Source: the human T2T-CHM13v2.0 reference genome, Homo sapiens
Assembly (NCBI RefSeq): GCF_009914755.1
Contig: NC_060928.1
Strand: one strand, 5' to 3'
Length of the DNA: 64,000 nt
Shown: piece after piece, positions 40,105 to 56,359 of the stretch
Layout: each line of letters begins with the position of its first letter
Position numbering within the stretch: position 1 is the stretch's first letter
The notes under the pieces: model-generated
What the model saw: only the letters and a program-made list of their open reading frames with translations
Told to the model about the DNA's origin: nothing
Databases searched by the model: none
Position numbers and translations under genes: made by a program

Positions 40105-43100
40105 ATTTTGTTTGTTTGTTTGTTTCTATAGTACATATACATTTTATGGAAGTAAATTTGTATTTTAAAAAATACTCTTGTAAACATTTGTTATGATTTG
40201 TTTTCATTGTCAATGTCTGTTTTCATTGCTGATCAAGCCCAAATTACTTAGTGAATGAATTGTACACATTTTCAGTGAAGTTAGGAATGTCTAAAACAGT
40301 TTTTAACTATTTAAGCCAGTAGATCATGACAAAGCCAATCTTGTCACTTGGTCAGCTTACTCAAATTAATAAACTGGCCATTTTCCAGTGCAGTGCTTGT
40401 CTCTGAAAGGCCAGGGCCTCATTCAGGGTATTTTTCCTTAGCTTCTATCTGGCCCTTATACCTGAATTAGGAATCTGAGAGGAATAACATTTGGAGAGGT
40501 TTATAAGCTCAAGTTACTATTGTATTTCTCTTGCTGTTTAGGGTAGAATCTAGTCACAATTAAAAGAAAAAAGGAGAAGCTTCCCAAAATGTCCGCCCTT
40601 CACGCCTCTTGCTGTTCAGATATTTCCTCTGGGCTTTCCGCCCTGATTTCCTCTGGTTTTTAGTGCTTTTATTTTTCATTCAAGCATTAGAAGAGGGAGT
40701 ACTTAAAACAAATAGACCAAAGGAATTATGTCCTATGTGGTATAGATCCAAGAGCTCCGTTCTGATGTCTTCAGGGGACACAGAACAAAACAACTGGGCC
40801 TCTAAGGGCTTTTGGGAGGTGTAAGGAATCTGGAAATAATCCAGCTATCCTCACCAGAGTTTGTGTGCAGTCCTGGAGTCGTCAGGGATTACGCATGAAA
40901 GAAAGAAATTCTCTCCTCTGCTCACTGGCCGCGCAGCAGGCAAAGCACTAAATCTCCTGGTCCCTTCTACTTGTGGATTTTAATTGATGGGGCTGGTACA
41001 CAGAGTAAAGCCATTTGGGCACAAATGACAGGGGTTGGCATTTAAACAAAAATGGCAATTTTAATTTTATCTTCATCCAAATTAGAAAGGCAAAAAAAAA
41101 AAAATCAAAAAAGAAAAACCTCGTTTTTTCAAACGAAAAGTGAGTTTTTAAAACCTTTGGTTTGCAGGAATTAAAAAAAATAATTAAAACAAAACTTGTC
41201 GATGTCATTTTAAAGTGGTTGGTTAATAAGCTTTGGCTCATGATTTCAATTTGAAATTTCCCTAGACTACCCTGTTTATGATAGAAGCTGAATTTTACAG
41301 TGGCATTTTATGTGCCTGGGCTACATTTTTAAGCCCAGTCCTGTTGTTTAGGGCCAGAAATGGACACAATTTAATTCTGTTTATTATAGAAATCAAGTGC
41401 TTTTGGAAAGAGATTGTGAGCAGCTGCTTAGTATTGTCTTTGTGTTAATATAGAGGTTCATTTCTCATGCCTTTTGAGGAAAAAGCAGTTCATGAGATTT
41501 CTAGAGGCTCTTTTCTACAGAAATATAGGTTGGCTGCCAGGATTTAGCAGCAAAAGAGATTTGCTGTTAATTGGTGGGGCTGGCTGTCTCTGACAGGTGT
41601 CAAATTAAGACATGTACTCCAGTAGAATTTCTAGGGTTGTGCAAAGAAGACATCAGTAATCAAAATAGAAAAATAAAACTTTTTTTTGTTATACAATTTC
41701 CCAGCGAGTTTTTAATCTCATGTAGCTGAATTCAATATGAAGAAAGTTTTTGGAATGAGGATGACAAGGATTATTTCCACTTTCCTTAGAAGACTGTTCA
41801 TCGATGGTTAACAAAATTAATTTTTTATTTAAAAAACAATCTAGTTAAGATAATTGAGCAAATTTTAAGGTGAGATGATGGTTTTAATAATTGCATTTAC
41901 AATGGTAAGTAACTGAAATTCACAGTCTCTTGAAGCAGGCCCTTGCATATAGCATTTGATTCTTTCTACAATGATATAAAGAACCTATTAAATTTGGTGG
42001 AAAATAGCAATGGCATTTAGTTCTTAAGCTATTTTTTTATGTTTGGTAACGATATGAATAAAAACCAAGGATGAGACATTCTTATACTCTCATAATGGCT
42101 GGCTCTGTTTCTCCATCCACTATCTTAAATCTTAGGGTCCCTTTTTCTTAGTGCTAAGAAAGTGACAGCCAACTGCATCTCAGAACTGCAGCAATGCTGA
42201 GTCAATAAATAAAAATATCCAGGTAATTTCCTTATCCTTAAGTGAAGCTTATGAACATAAGTTATACTGAACTACTTTGAAAGTTGGAATACCATTGAGG
42301 AATTATTAAATGGAATAGAATTTGTACTACACCCACATTTTGGGCAAAATACTCATTTAAAATATGCCTTAAGGAATATGCCTTGAGGAAATATACCCAG
42401 TGGATTTCTAAAAGCATTCTGTGGTCTTATAGGTAGACTGTGATTTCTGCATTAAGACTACATGGGGTGAGGTTATTTCTGTCTGTGTTCCATGAATACT
42501 TTGCTTTACATGATTTTAGAAAAACTAGTTTGAATTTCTTCATTTATTGATTTATCCTTCTGTTAAAAAAAAGCACTAATTTTAAAATTTATTGCAGAAA
42601 AAAACACTTTTGGACTGAGCTATATAAAATGACTCAGAAGTAAAACATATAAGTGTCAGATAGAATTTGCCACCAGTCTGCCTAAAAGACTGAAGTATTT
42701 GAGTATGGATTATATTTCATCCGGTTGGTAGCACTTTGTGAATCTGCATTTCAGGATGGCCTGTTTTCAGTTTCCAACTCAAATAAGAGTATTATTGAAT
42801 TAGTTGGCAATCAAAATATACAGTCTCGCACCCTGGAAACTTGATTTGTGAAGAAATCTCTTTGAAATAAAAGAGGTTAGGTACGCATACTCTTTTATGG
42901 AAATGAAAATGCATAATATGAAATTTCAGTTCTTGAGACTTTTTGGATACCAAATTAGCACTCAAACTCAAGACCTCAGAAGGATGTTGGTGCAGCAGGG
43001 TGAGAAAACTTGGACCTCTGATAACTGCAGTGCTGCTATCTCCACTCTGGACTGCCAGAGTGAATTACAGTTTTTGTTTAAATACTGTAGGCCTGTTTGT

Positions 43101-43799
43101 CTGTTTTGTCATATAAAGTTGAATATAACACTAACTGATAGCATTTAATTAAGTAAATTGAGCTCAGTCAACTGTATGCATTTCTCTCTCGCTCTTTCCC
43201 CCTTTCTTTTTCTCTCTTGTCTCCCTCCCCACTCCTTTCCTTTTGGATTGGTAAGTAATACAGACACATATGCATAATAAGGCCATAGGCATTAATATAC
43301 CAAAATGTACTTCAAACAAAAGGAAATAAAGCTTGATTTTAAGTTCCAGGCTCTGTGTTCACACTTACTTTCTCTACTCCACAGATATTTTAACAATACT
43401 TATCATTTATATGCATAATCCCCCAGTCCTTTTTTTTTCAATCAAGACTACAATGATGGTGAATGAAATAACATGAGAAAACAAAACTTGACATAGAGTG
43501 GACATCAAAAAATGCTATTTGCTCTTTCTCTTTCCTTTAAGGAATGAGACAATGGTATAGTTCACATACGAATTTGGAGTACTTTTCAGGTTTTGAAAAT
43601 TGTGTTATTCTTTTACATGTTTTAAAATAAAGTAGCTGATAGTAACACCTACTTGTGGTATGGAATACTATTTGGAAAAGGGATGGCAAGTAAATTTATA
43701 TCCTACAGCTGCAAATTCATTGTCCTCAAATGGAGATAAAACTCAAATTAGCTGATGTCTTTTCAAATATAGTACAATTTGTATCCTCAAGAATTTTAT

Positions 43800-44096
43800 T
43801 TTATTTTGTTTATTATTATTTTTTTGAGATGGAATCTCACTCTGTTACCCAGGCTGGAGTGCAGTGGCTCACTGCAACCTCTGCCTCCTGGGTTCAAGCG
43901 ATTCTCCTGCCTCAGCCTCCTGAGTAGCTGGGATTACAGGCGTGTGCCACCATGCCCAGCTAATTTTTTTGTATTTTTAGTAGAGACAGGGTTTCACCAT
44001 GTTGGTCAGGCTGGTCTTAAACTCCTGACCTTGTGATCCACCCGCCTCAGCCTCACAAAGTGCTGGGATTACAGGTGTGAGCCACCACGCCTGGCC
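43800..44096 (-). mobile_element. AluS
   Basis: Antisense Alu with a small deletion. Confidence 0.93.
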
Positions 44097-44215
44097 TTTT
44101 TTTTTTTTTTTTTTTTTAATGGACAAGAGGTTTTTAATGTTGCCCATGTTGGCCTTGAACACGTAGCCTTGCCTCCTTATGCGCCAGGACAACGGGCCTC
44201 AGCCACCAGGGCTCC
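44097..44215 (-). pseudogene. Retrocopy of an Alu/snaR-related small Pol III RNA (ASR/CAS-like)
   Basis: Minus strand reads GGAGCCCTGGTGGCTGAGGCCCGTTGTCCTGGCGCATAAGGAGGCAAGGCTACGTGTTCAAGGCCAACATGGGCAACATT...A21: snaR-like 5' end, A and B boxes, internal deletion relative to FLAM. Confidence 0.75.
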
Positions 44216-45248
44216 TATCCTGGAGAATTTTATAGTCTTTGATTACGTAAACCTTTATCAGCCAATAGGAAGACTGGTATTTCATATACATGGTCTCCAG
44301 TATTCTACATATGGAATAACAATTCTTGTCTTACTGTATATGAGGAAATTGGTGGCTTTCTTTACATGGCTGTATTATCTGCTTTCACACCTTAGAGAGA
44401 AAGCCATCAGCTGAACCATTTACTTTTCACTTTCTTGAACTGCCGCGTGGGAGTACATTTAAAACAATTTGAACTTTATACATGATGAGCATGATCCAAT
44501 TTTAGTCTTGTCCTACATTTCCAAAAAATGTGGCTTATTTTCATAAATTACTTTTACATATGTTTCTGACCCTCTGTTATGGTTATATAAAAAGGCAAAA
44601 TGCATGGAAATAGTACCAGACAGTCATCCTGTTTTAATACAATTTTCAGTATAATTGTATGTGCTATAAAGTTTCAAATAACATTTGAATCAACAGGCAA
44701 ATTTTGGGGGTGCTTAAGTTGAACTGAACTTCTGAACATCAAAGTTTGCTTTTCAGTGGTTAAAGATTGTTTTAGGGAAAGTGAATACCCTCTGTCAGGT
44801 CGAGAGTTATTTATAATTTTTTTTTTACAGTCTAGCCTGCTACATTTGACCTCTATGTACCTTTTCCACTTAGCTTGCTAGTGAGAAATGGAAACATTGA
44901 TTTCAGAAAATGACAGGTATTTTTTCCTAAGGTGGTGGATGCATATTTTGAATTGTGTCCTGTTATATCCAAATTGAGAAACGATAAATTACTAGATGTG
45001 AAAAAATGTTTATAATTCATATTAAATTAAGCTTATGGCCAGATGACGTCAACTCTCACTATAAAAGATGATGTTTTCCATTTAATAACAACTTTTATAT
45101 AGATTTTATAATGCTCTCCCACTTAAAAAATGCACATGTGATCCCAACAACTCCGTGAAATTTCTTATTAATGTCATTTTACTGGAAATGAAGGAGTCTT
45201 AGATGTTTAAGGACAAGCTGAACATCTGGTTAGTTTTTGAACCGAGAT

Positions 45249-45971
45249 TGTTATAGTGGGTGGTTAGTCAGACAGTAACAGGGCAGGAGAGGCCCACACA
45301 CTCCACCAGGAAAGTCAGGCAACCATCAGGTGATGGTCAGGCAGTTGTCACATTGCCTCTCTAAAATAATAATAGGTTGCAGCCAGCACCAGGGAAAGGC
45401 AGTCTCCCTATAGATAGGACACCCCTGAAACTAGTGATCAGCAGCTTCCTGATAAGATCTCAGGAGCTGGGTCAATGAGCTCAAGCATGCACACTAAGAG
45501 GCAAAATGGCAGTTTAACTAGTATATGATCTTCCAGGGGCATTTGACTGGTAAGGGAAGAATGCCTCAGATGAGCATGCATGCAACTCCAGTAAACACAC
45601 TGCGCATGCTCACCTATCAACTGCTAGCAGGCCACTGCGCATGCGGGTAGCTCACCCTAAGGGAAGAATCAAGAGAAATGGGACACAACACACCAGAAGT
45701 ATGCCAACATATATAACCTCAAGTCAAAGTCCAAACCTCACACTTGACCTCCAAGATGTCCGCTTGGCCCTCTTCCAAATGCACTTTCTTTTCATTCCTG
45801 CTTTAAAGCTTTTTAATAAGCTTTACAGGCCTGCTCTAAAACTTGCCTCAGTCTCTTCTTCTGCCTTATGCCCCTCAGTCAAATTCTTTCTTCTGAGGAG
45901 GCAAGAATTGAGGTCGCTGCAGACCTGTACTGATTTGCCACCGGTAACTCGGGTAACTTCCACGGCTAACA
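45249..45971 (+). mobile_element. MER50 solo LTR inserted in a MIR
   Basis: tgttatagtgggtggttagtcagac...accatcaggtgatggtcagg...ctaaca; TSD AGAT at 45245 and 45972. Confidence 0.88.
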
Positions 45972-46071
45972 AGATCTTCTGATTTTGGTCTGTTATTCAT
46001 TGTGTGCCACAACTACTTCTAATCTCATATGAGAAGTCTTTTTCAAGAGACAGAGGAAAATGAAATGAATA

Positions 46072-47460
<1,389 letters not shown>

Positions 47461-47550
47461 GGAATTGCTTGAACCCGGGAGGTAGAGGTTGCAGTGAGCC
47501 GAGGTGGTGCCACTGCACTCCAGCCTAGGCGACAGAAAGAGACTCTGGCT

Positions 47551-47604
<54 letters not shown>

Positions 47605-48189
47605 GAAAAGAAAAGAAAAATCAAAAATGTCTCTCTGGCTGAATCCAACCATTTCAAAGAGCCTGAATACTAAGCTCAGGCATCTATTTCCTCTTTTCTG
47701 AGGATTCTGCTGCAATTACAGAAAAACCTTAAAAACAATAAAGAAGTAATATTGTCATTAGAAATCAAGAAAACTTTCCTTCAGAATAACAAAAGTTAAA
47801 AGAATTCCTAAAGAATGAAATAAAATTAAGACCGAGGGATAAAGAAGAGAGAAAACTCTGGCCCTGGGCACTAGATATAAGCATAGATCTTCTCTAGAGA
47901 CTCCAAAGTCAGAACCAACTTGTGCAAAGGAATGGGCCAGGGAGTAATGTGAACAGTGTTTCATTAAACAGCCTTGTAACTGCCTCTTTATTTCTCTTGT
48001 AAACAAATAGACTGACAACAATGACTTTTACCCTTAGGCTCAAGTCAGTGAGCTGCTCTAGAAAGAGTTTGCAATCAGCCTTCGGTGTGAGAGCACTGGT
48101 TTCTGAGAGAGAAACAGCAGAATTTGAGATACACACAGGCTTGCATGATGGATTTGGGGGTAGGAGCAGAACAAAGAAACAACAATGAA

Positions 48190-48791
<602 letters not shown>

Positions 48792-49954
48792 TAAAGAAAA
48801 CATATGCAAGACAACTACATTAATTACACTAGCACTTTCTTATGGGAGTTTACTCCATGTGTAGTAGGAACATTGAACAAGAAAAATGTATGGAGAATAA
48901 TCCTAAAAGCAACTTTATTTTTGTCTTCTTACTGTCTTTTTGTCCCACTGATGAAACAGAAAATACTTTTCATTAATCTTTGATGAAAACTCAGGCAATA
49001 CCCATGACTTTTTAATTCACTCTTTGTTAATAGCAAGTGTTTTGGCGACTATAAATAGCAAAATACATCTTGATTCATGGCATGAAAGCCTCTAGTTTCT
49101 GTATTAATGGACAGTTTAATATTCATTCAAAGATAAGACTTTTTCTGGTTTCCCCAGCTTCTCTGGGTGGGTTGCCTGCTTTTAGATAATGGATATAGTT
49201 GAATTCTTTTCTCTTTCTCTCACTTATTTCCCTACTGACAAACTTCTCTTTCTGACCCTTCAAAGCTTGAAGAAGAAAGATAATGGGAAACTATTACTTA
49301 TTTCACAGGATTGTGGTGAGAATTAAACTGATATACTGTATTTCGTGGAATTTAAGATGCTAATGGTTAAAAACCACACCTTTATAAACCACTAAGAAAG
49401 AAAGAAAATACATGTTGCCAATTATACTGTGATACAGTCCTAATGTTTATTATCACTTCTAGTTTTAATTTTTGAATTATGGAAGAAACTCTTTTAAATT
49501 TATTTATGTAATTTTTAAACATTCTACTACATACATAAAAATGAAAGCTTCAAGTGAAGTACATTTATTAATGTCGTTCTAAAATGTCTTCATATTCAGT
49601 GTAATATAACTGAATTCCTGTGACTCAGTGTCATTGTTGTCTGTATTTTTCTACATACTTTCCTGTTCTGTGTCATGAAGAATATTAATAATGGGACATT
49701 TCTTAAAATGTTCTATTACTGTTGATAGGATTTTCTTCCAAGTACCTGATATCTTTCCTGTAAGTTATTTATTGATCTTTTCAAAAGATAGACAACAATC
49801 AGGATGCACATTCCTTCCTCAAAAGATCCTTAAATTGTTTATTCATTGAAATGTTTGTGGAGGAAGTTTTCCAGTCATGTCATAGGAGGAGCAACCAAAT
49901 CATGACATGCACAATGACCACTGTGTCATAACTGATCAATAGTGAATAGTAAAA

Positions 49955-50040
49955 CTCTACTGATTGTAAGATGCATCAGATTTCAGAGCTGTTACAACGT
50001 ATTACAACATGCCACCTTGAAATTGATGAAATACAACACA
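49955..50040 (-). mobile_element. MER104-like fragment
   Basis: gattgtaagatgcatcagatttcagag...attgatgaaatac. Confidence 0.45.
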
Positions 50041-52819
50041 TACACCTGTGTGTCTGCAGCTTCTGCAGGTCAACTAGGGTGCTACATCCAGAAGTGAACC
50101 AAACCACAGCAGTGAGCATTTCTTTGGTTTGTCCTGAAAATGAGCAATAGATCTCCCAGCTTCCCAATTTTAAACAGATTCTTTTAAGGCATTGTTAATC
50201 TACATAGGAGACAGAGCATAGGACAAAACAGACAAGTCCCCACTCTCATGGACCTTACATTCTTGAGGGATTTTAGCTTGAGGTCCTTAGTAACAGCTGT
50301 TATATGGCTTTCTGTGTGACTCGGACAAGTGATTTTTTTTTTCCTGTGGAATTGACCCCAGATTTGTGTGAGTCCAATTTGTGGAAAGGTGATATAATCC
50401 TGTTCTTCAGACAATAGATACTTTGTAAATAAGTTGGTTTTCAAATTGAGGTCACCTCAGGTCGCTTTTGGAAACAGGAGGGTAGAGCGAGCTCAGCACC
50501 TAGTAGCTCCCACTAATACCACATTTGGGAGATTTTGCTGCGGCAGCTGAATCAACAGCTGGGATTCTAAAATCCCTAACTTGCACATAGGATTTAGCTT
50601 TCTCACCCACAAAATTATGGTCCTATATTTACCATCTGTGTGTCACTTTTTTATTTATGAAATTATATAAAAAAAGAATTTATTGGGACAGTAAAGAAAT
50701 ATTTTTGAAAACAATTTAAAAGCATAAATCAGTGGCTTAGAAATGCAGTTTTTGATAAGACACCATTCATTAGGCATAACAATAGCTCATTAATAAAGGA
50801 TAGGTATTGGCTAATAACTTTTGATAGGGATTATTAATTGTTAAAAAGACACGAGCTATTAAAAAGGCTATTCTCTTCTAAATTGCTACAGAGTTCATTC
50901 AATTTTAACATACAATGGAAAAAATATGAAAGTTACCTTTGTGGCATCTTTGAAAGTTTTTTTGTTTTTTGCCTGGGATTCAAAAGTCATATTTGCTTTT
51001 TTGCTAGAAGGTTTGCACTGAAGGAAGGGCTACCAAAATGTAGGTCACTTTGTCAGGTACAGGACAGTTTGAGAAACAGGGGAAGCTGATTCTATCAGGC
51101 TAATATACACAGGTGAGATGCAAATCTCCTGCCAACTGTTCCCATTGGTATCATTAGCCCTTCCCTCCATAAATAAATGCCTCGCTGAGAAAGTGCTTCT
51201 AGGCATTGTGCTGCCACTTCCGAGTGATATTAGCTTGCAAAAGAGGAAAGCCTAATCAAAGAGAAAGTGTTCCCCAAACAGGCTATCACTATAGACTGAG
51301 GCATTTTCTGGTCTGGGGAAAGAAGGGCTTGACTTTTTTGTGCTTCTGTAGAGTTGTATGTCAGTTCTTATACACACTCTTCTCTTGGTAAGTAATCAGA
51401 AAGTTATTTTTACATCTCTGCAGTCTAGTTGTCTTGGGTTCATGTTCGTGGTATTTCATAGCTAGCAGGAACCTTAGAGATGAACCTCTTAGAGACAAGA
51501 AACATTTTCACCATCACCTTTTTTTCTAGAGTCACATGCTTATTTTTCTTATTGTAAATGACTAAGTACAAATGGGAGTAACAGATTTTTTTTTATGTGA
51601 ATTTGGCAAGTCATCAACTCAAATATGCTGCTTAGGATGGGAAAGAGAGAAATCATGTAGGATCCTGTTCTAAATGTTAAGTTAATTTTTTCTCCATATT
51701 TTGGATATGACAACGCAAAGGCACATTTTCTTTATTTCAAAACAGCTTTAGGTTATTAATATGATGTTATCTAAAATTTGATAATCAGAGATGATTTTGT
51801 TTGTTTTTCATAAAAGATTTCTAGTGTCAGTAATCCTATAAATATATGGTCCTAATTTAAAATAATTATTCTGAAGTAAAAATAAGCAATTCTGTCACTG
51901 TGGGGCTTTAAAGGAAAGGGCAGTGTTCCAAACCAATTATAAACAAATTGACCCTCTTAAGATTTTCCTTCTTACTCAACCAATGAGTAAAAACTGATTC
52001 TTTGCCAATAAGCCTCATGATTTTTTGTGGCTAGGAAAAGCATGCTTCTTAATGAACCATTATCCCTCAGCCTTCATGATCCAGATGAGTAAATGCAACC
52101 CTATGCCTCATGAAGAATGATTGATTTAGTTACATGGGCATAATTGTTTCATTAAGAAGAATCAGTTCATTAAAGCTTAGGGAAATGAGTAAGTTATAGG
52201 TGAGACTGGCTAGACTTACCTTGACATAAAGACAATCAAGTCAGGAGAAATCAACTGGCATTTATTTAATACTCTATGATGTGTGAAAACTATTCCAAGA
52301 AATTTAGTTGCTTTCTTTTCTTTTTGTCTCTCAAAAGAGAGAAATCTAGTCATTTTAGTTAAAAATGTACATTTTACTTATAAAGGTAAAATGTGATTTC
52401 AAGGTATATGAAGCTTCTTCAGAGACAGAACTTCATTCTAATATATATTTGATAAATACTGCCAACATAGACTGTTTTTGTAGATAAGGCTGATTTGTTC
52501 AAGTTTTCTGAAGCACAGAGGAGCATTATCTCTCTATATATATCATATTATCCTGTGGGCAATAGGATACACCACTGGTAGAACCATAGGGTTATAGGAA
52601 TATAAAAATAATAATAATATATTAAATTTGTTTGACTTTTTTTGCAGTTTTTGTAAGGATTTTATTTCTCAGAGACCCTGAGAATGAGCCACTTCTATTT
52701 AATCCCTATTACTCATATGAAAACTGACTCTCAAAGTAATCTTAATGGTAGTTACCAGACCTAGCATTGATGCTAGGCCTTTTGGATCTTGAAAATAATC
52801 TAGGTAATTCCACTTATTT

Positions 52820-55800
52820 TACATACATTTTATTATAAAAAGCTTAAACCATGTAGATGCAAAAATTAAAATAGAAAGTATCCCTTCTTTGCTACTAACT
52901 ATAACCTTTTTCAATTTTCTATGAATGTTTTCAGACATAGTGCTATGAGTTTACACAAAATTGAATACATACATACACATATGCTTTCACACACATTATG
53001 TATGATTCATTTGTTTTTATAAATATAATAAAATAAATGATAATTTTAAGTTTTTTTCTACAACTTGATTTTTTTAACTTAATATATGCAGAGAAACCCA
53101 TATTTAGAATAGCTATACTATTTTTTAAATTACTACATAGTATTGCTTAATATAGAAAAAACATAATTTGTGTACCATTTACATATTTTGTTGGGGATTT
53201 ATATAGTTTCTAATCTAATTTCTTTAAAAACAAGTGTATAGCTTGTACACATGTCTTTGTAAACATATAGGAATAGTTTTAAGGAATAAATTCCTTGAAG
53301 TGATAGGCAATGAAAAATTACCTTTCATTAAGTTTCCACAAATTTTTACTCAACGAATTCACCAACTTACTTTACCAAAAATATATTTACAAATTTTTAA
53401 ATTTATCTGTGCAATGAAAAATAGATACCAATTTCTTAACAGAATATTATGTTTGAACAGATTTTCATATATGATTAGTGGCCACTTTTATTCTTTTCTC
53501 TGTGAGAAACCTCTAAATAAACTTCGACTGTATTTTCTATTGGATCATCTATATTTTCCTTTTGATTTTTAGGAGTAATTTATATATTGAGAATATTAAG
53601 CTAGCTTTTTCTAAATTAAAATATTTTCTTTATTTTGACTTTTAAGCTTTTGTTGATAGCTTTTGTATTTTAGAAGTTTTGCATTTTTATGTAACTCTAT
53701 AGGTCAATCTTTTCCTTTATGACTTCTGTGTTTTGTGTCATACTTAGAAATAATTTGTTACCTCCAAACTAATAAAAGCATATCATTAATATCTTTCATA
53801 TATTAAACTATTTAAGCTACTAGAATGTTAGGTAGGCATGAAGTATGGATTTCACTTTTTTTCCAAATAATTCTAAACAATTACCTTTAAACTATTTGTT
53901 AAATAAACTGTATACTTCTTACTAAATTCAAAGGCCAACTTAATAATGTATGAAATTGTTATTTATATATAATATCAGTCTGTTTCTGCAATCTCCCTTC
54001 TGTTCATCGCTTCACTTGCCTATATCTGTTCTCAGTACCTCACTGGTTTACTCTGCCTTTCTAAAAGCTTTTACTGGAATATTCTACTACAGTTAAAAAA
54101 AAAAGCTGTCTATTTTTGTCATTTTTTTCTCTTCTGTAAAGGTACTTCATTCATTAAAATCAGTTTTTCTGATACCATTAAAATGTTGGCTTTTTTTTTT
54201 AAAGGGAAGTCATTTTATTTGTAAATAAATTGGAAAGAATTGATATCTTCATGCTGTTGCCTCTTCTCATCTTGGAACACTTTATACATTTCCATTCATT
54301 TAAGAGAGAGAGAGTGTGTGTTTTTTAGTAGATATCATAGTCCTTTTTCATTATTTCTCATTAAAGTCATATATTAGTTAGTTTTATTCCTAGAAATTTC
54401 ATATTTTTCAACAGTATGTTTTCTTTTATACCTTGTTATCTTGTTTATAAGAAAACTATTAATTTTCACCATTGATTAGTACATGGCAACCTTAATAATT
54501 AGTAAATCTAATAGCGTTTGAATTATATTTTAATTTTCTATTATATTATCTGCAAGAATGATAATTTTCATTTTCTTTTAAGTATTCATATTTATTGGTT
54601 TTATTAGCTTTATTATATTGACTATAATTGTATTACTGTCTTCTCAAATTTAGTGGAAACACTTCTTACATGTTCTCTCTATTTTTTAATAAAAATATTT
54701 ATTTGGTCTTATGAATACAGAATTGATTATTTTATTTTTATTTCAAATGCCTAGGTATTATAATTGTATATAATAGTTATTTGTACTTTTTATATTTTTA
54801 TTATATTTTTAGTTATGCTTGTATAGGAGGCTAACAAGTGTATTTTTCTCTTGATGAAAATTGAAAATACTTATTTTTTATATTGTTATTTTTTAAAAAC
54901 CATTTTTGGTTTTAGTAATAAGTCTTCCATTTATTTTTCTTCTTTCTTTAGTTTTCTTGCTTATAAAAATTTTCTAATTCATGAATTTATGTTTCCAGAT
55001 TTAGTAATTTCCTTTTGACTCTTTGAGTTCCTTTTCTGACATATATAAAAAACTTAGTTTTTGGGGGTTGTTTTGGCTGTGTATAAAATTCAAAACTCAA
55101 AATAAAATAATGTTCCTTTTGTGGAATAATGTCCTAGGATTTTATGATATTGATGAAAAGATATTCATATGATTCTCATTTTTTGTAATTATACTGTGTT
55201 ACAGGAAAAGGATAGCAAACCTAATTTAAAAAGGGCAAGTTATGAAATAAGAACAATTCAAATGACTAACAGTTACATGAAGAGATGCTCAAACTCATTT
55301 GTAATCATAAAAATGAAAAAAATTAAAATGCAATCCTACATTATACTCATCAAGTTGAGAAAAAAAGGTTATAGTTTTATAATTCTAAGTATTGAAAGAT
55401 ATTTAGGTAGAAAGGAATCTTGTGCCTTGATGTTGAAAGTATTGACTGGTTCAGCTGCACTGGAAACACACTTGATGATATTAAATATGCCTATCCTACA
55501 ACTCAGTAGTCCAGCTCCTAAGCGTATGTTCCAGAAAAGCTCTCTCACAAGATGTGTGGAGATATGGATGATAATTTGTAGTAGCAACGAGTTAGAGGCA
55601 ATCTGTCTATCACTGGGAGAATGAAGAAGTTCAATGTAATGGTTATGCTCTAGCATGCAGCAGCTGGAAACAGTGAGTAGATGCACACACAGACCATGAT
55701 CACTCCTAGAAACATAGTGGTGAGTGAAAAAAGAAAGAAACATAATGTTTTTAGCACAATGCCATTTATATATTTGAAGTAGAGGAATGTAGAAAATGAA

Positions 55801-56260
55801 ATATCATATAATCCCAGTAACATGAAAGAGCAAAGGGACAAGAATAACCAATATGATTCTGAAAAATGAAATTAGGAATAGGAGAGTACTCCTACTAGAT
55901 ATCAGGACTTATTATAAAGCTACAATCTTTAAAACAGGTACTCTTATAAGGAAGAGAGGAGAAGAGAAAAGAAGAGAAGACAAGAGAAGAGAAAGAGAAG
56001 ATTGCAAGAAGGGAAGACAAGAGAAGAGAAAGAGAAAGAGAAGAAGACAAGAGAAGAGAAAGAGAAAGAGAAGATGCGAAATAGACGCATGCATTTATTG
56101 AATTTTAATTTATGACAGAAGTAGCATAGTCAATAACTGAGGAGTGGAAGGACAATATAATCAGATAAATTGAAAAATGCTTATTGACATGGAAATATCA
56201 AAGGAAAAATATACCATGTGCCCACTGATAAAAAATAAATGGAATATTCATGAAAGGTCC
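52820..56260. mobile_element. Old L1M (L1ME-like) fragments in both orientations
   Basis: Antisense L1 3' region ~52.8-54.7 kb; sense fragments MKRCSNSFVI and LLDIRTYYKAT. Confidence 0.6.
55950..56075 (+). repeat. GA-rich simple repeat
   Basis: (gagaa)n variants including a 30-bp tandem copy. Confidence 0.9.
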
Positions 56261-56359
56261 CAATTACTGTTACAATAATTTTTTAAATAATTAGGCATTT
56301 GGATTTTATGTGCTTTTTGATTTGAGTAGTTTAAAGTGTTTTAAATAACATTAAATATT

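Noticed and set aside
50490-50512. CTCF-like motif cagcacctagtag
   Set aside because: Several mismatches to the core motif; not supportable.
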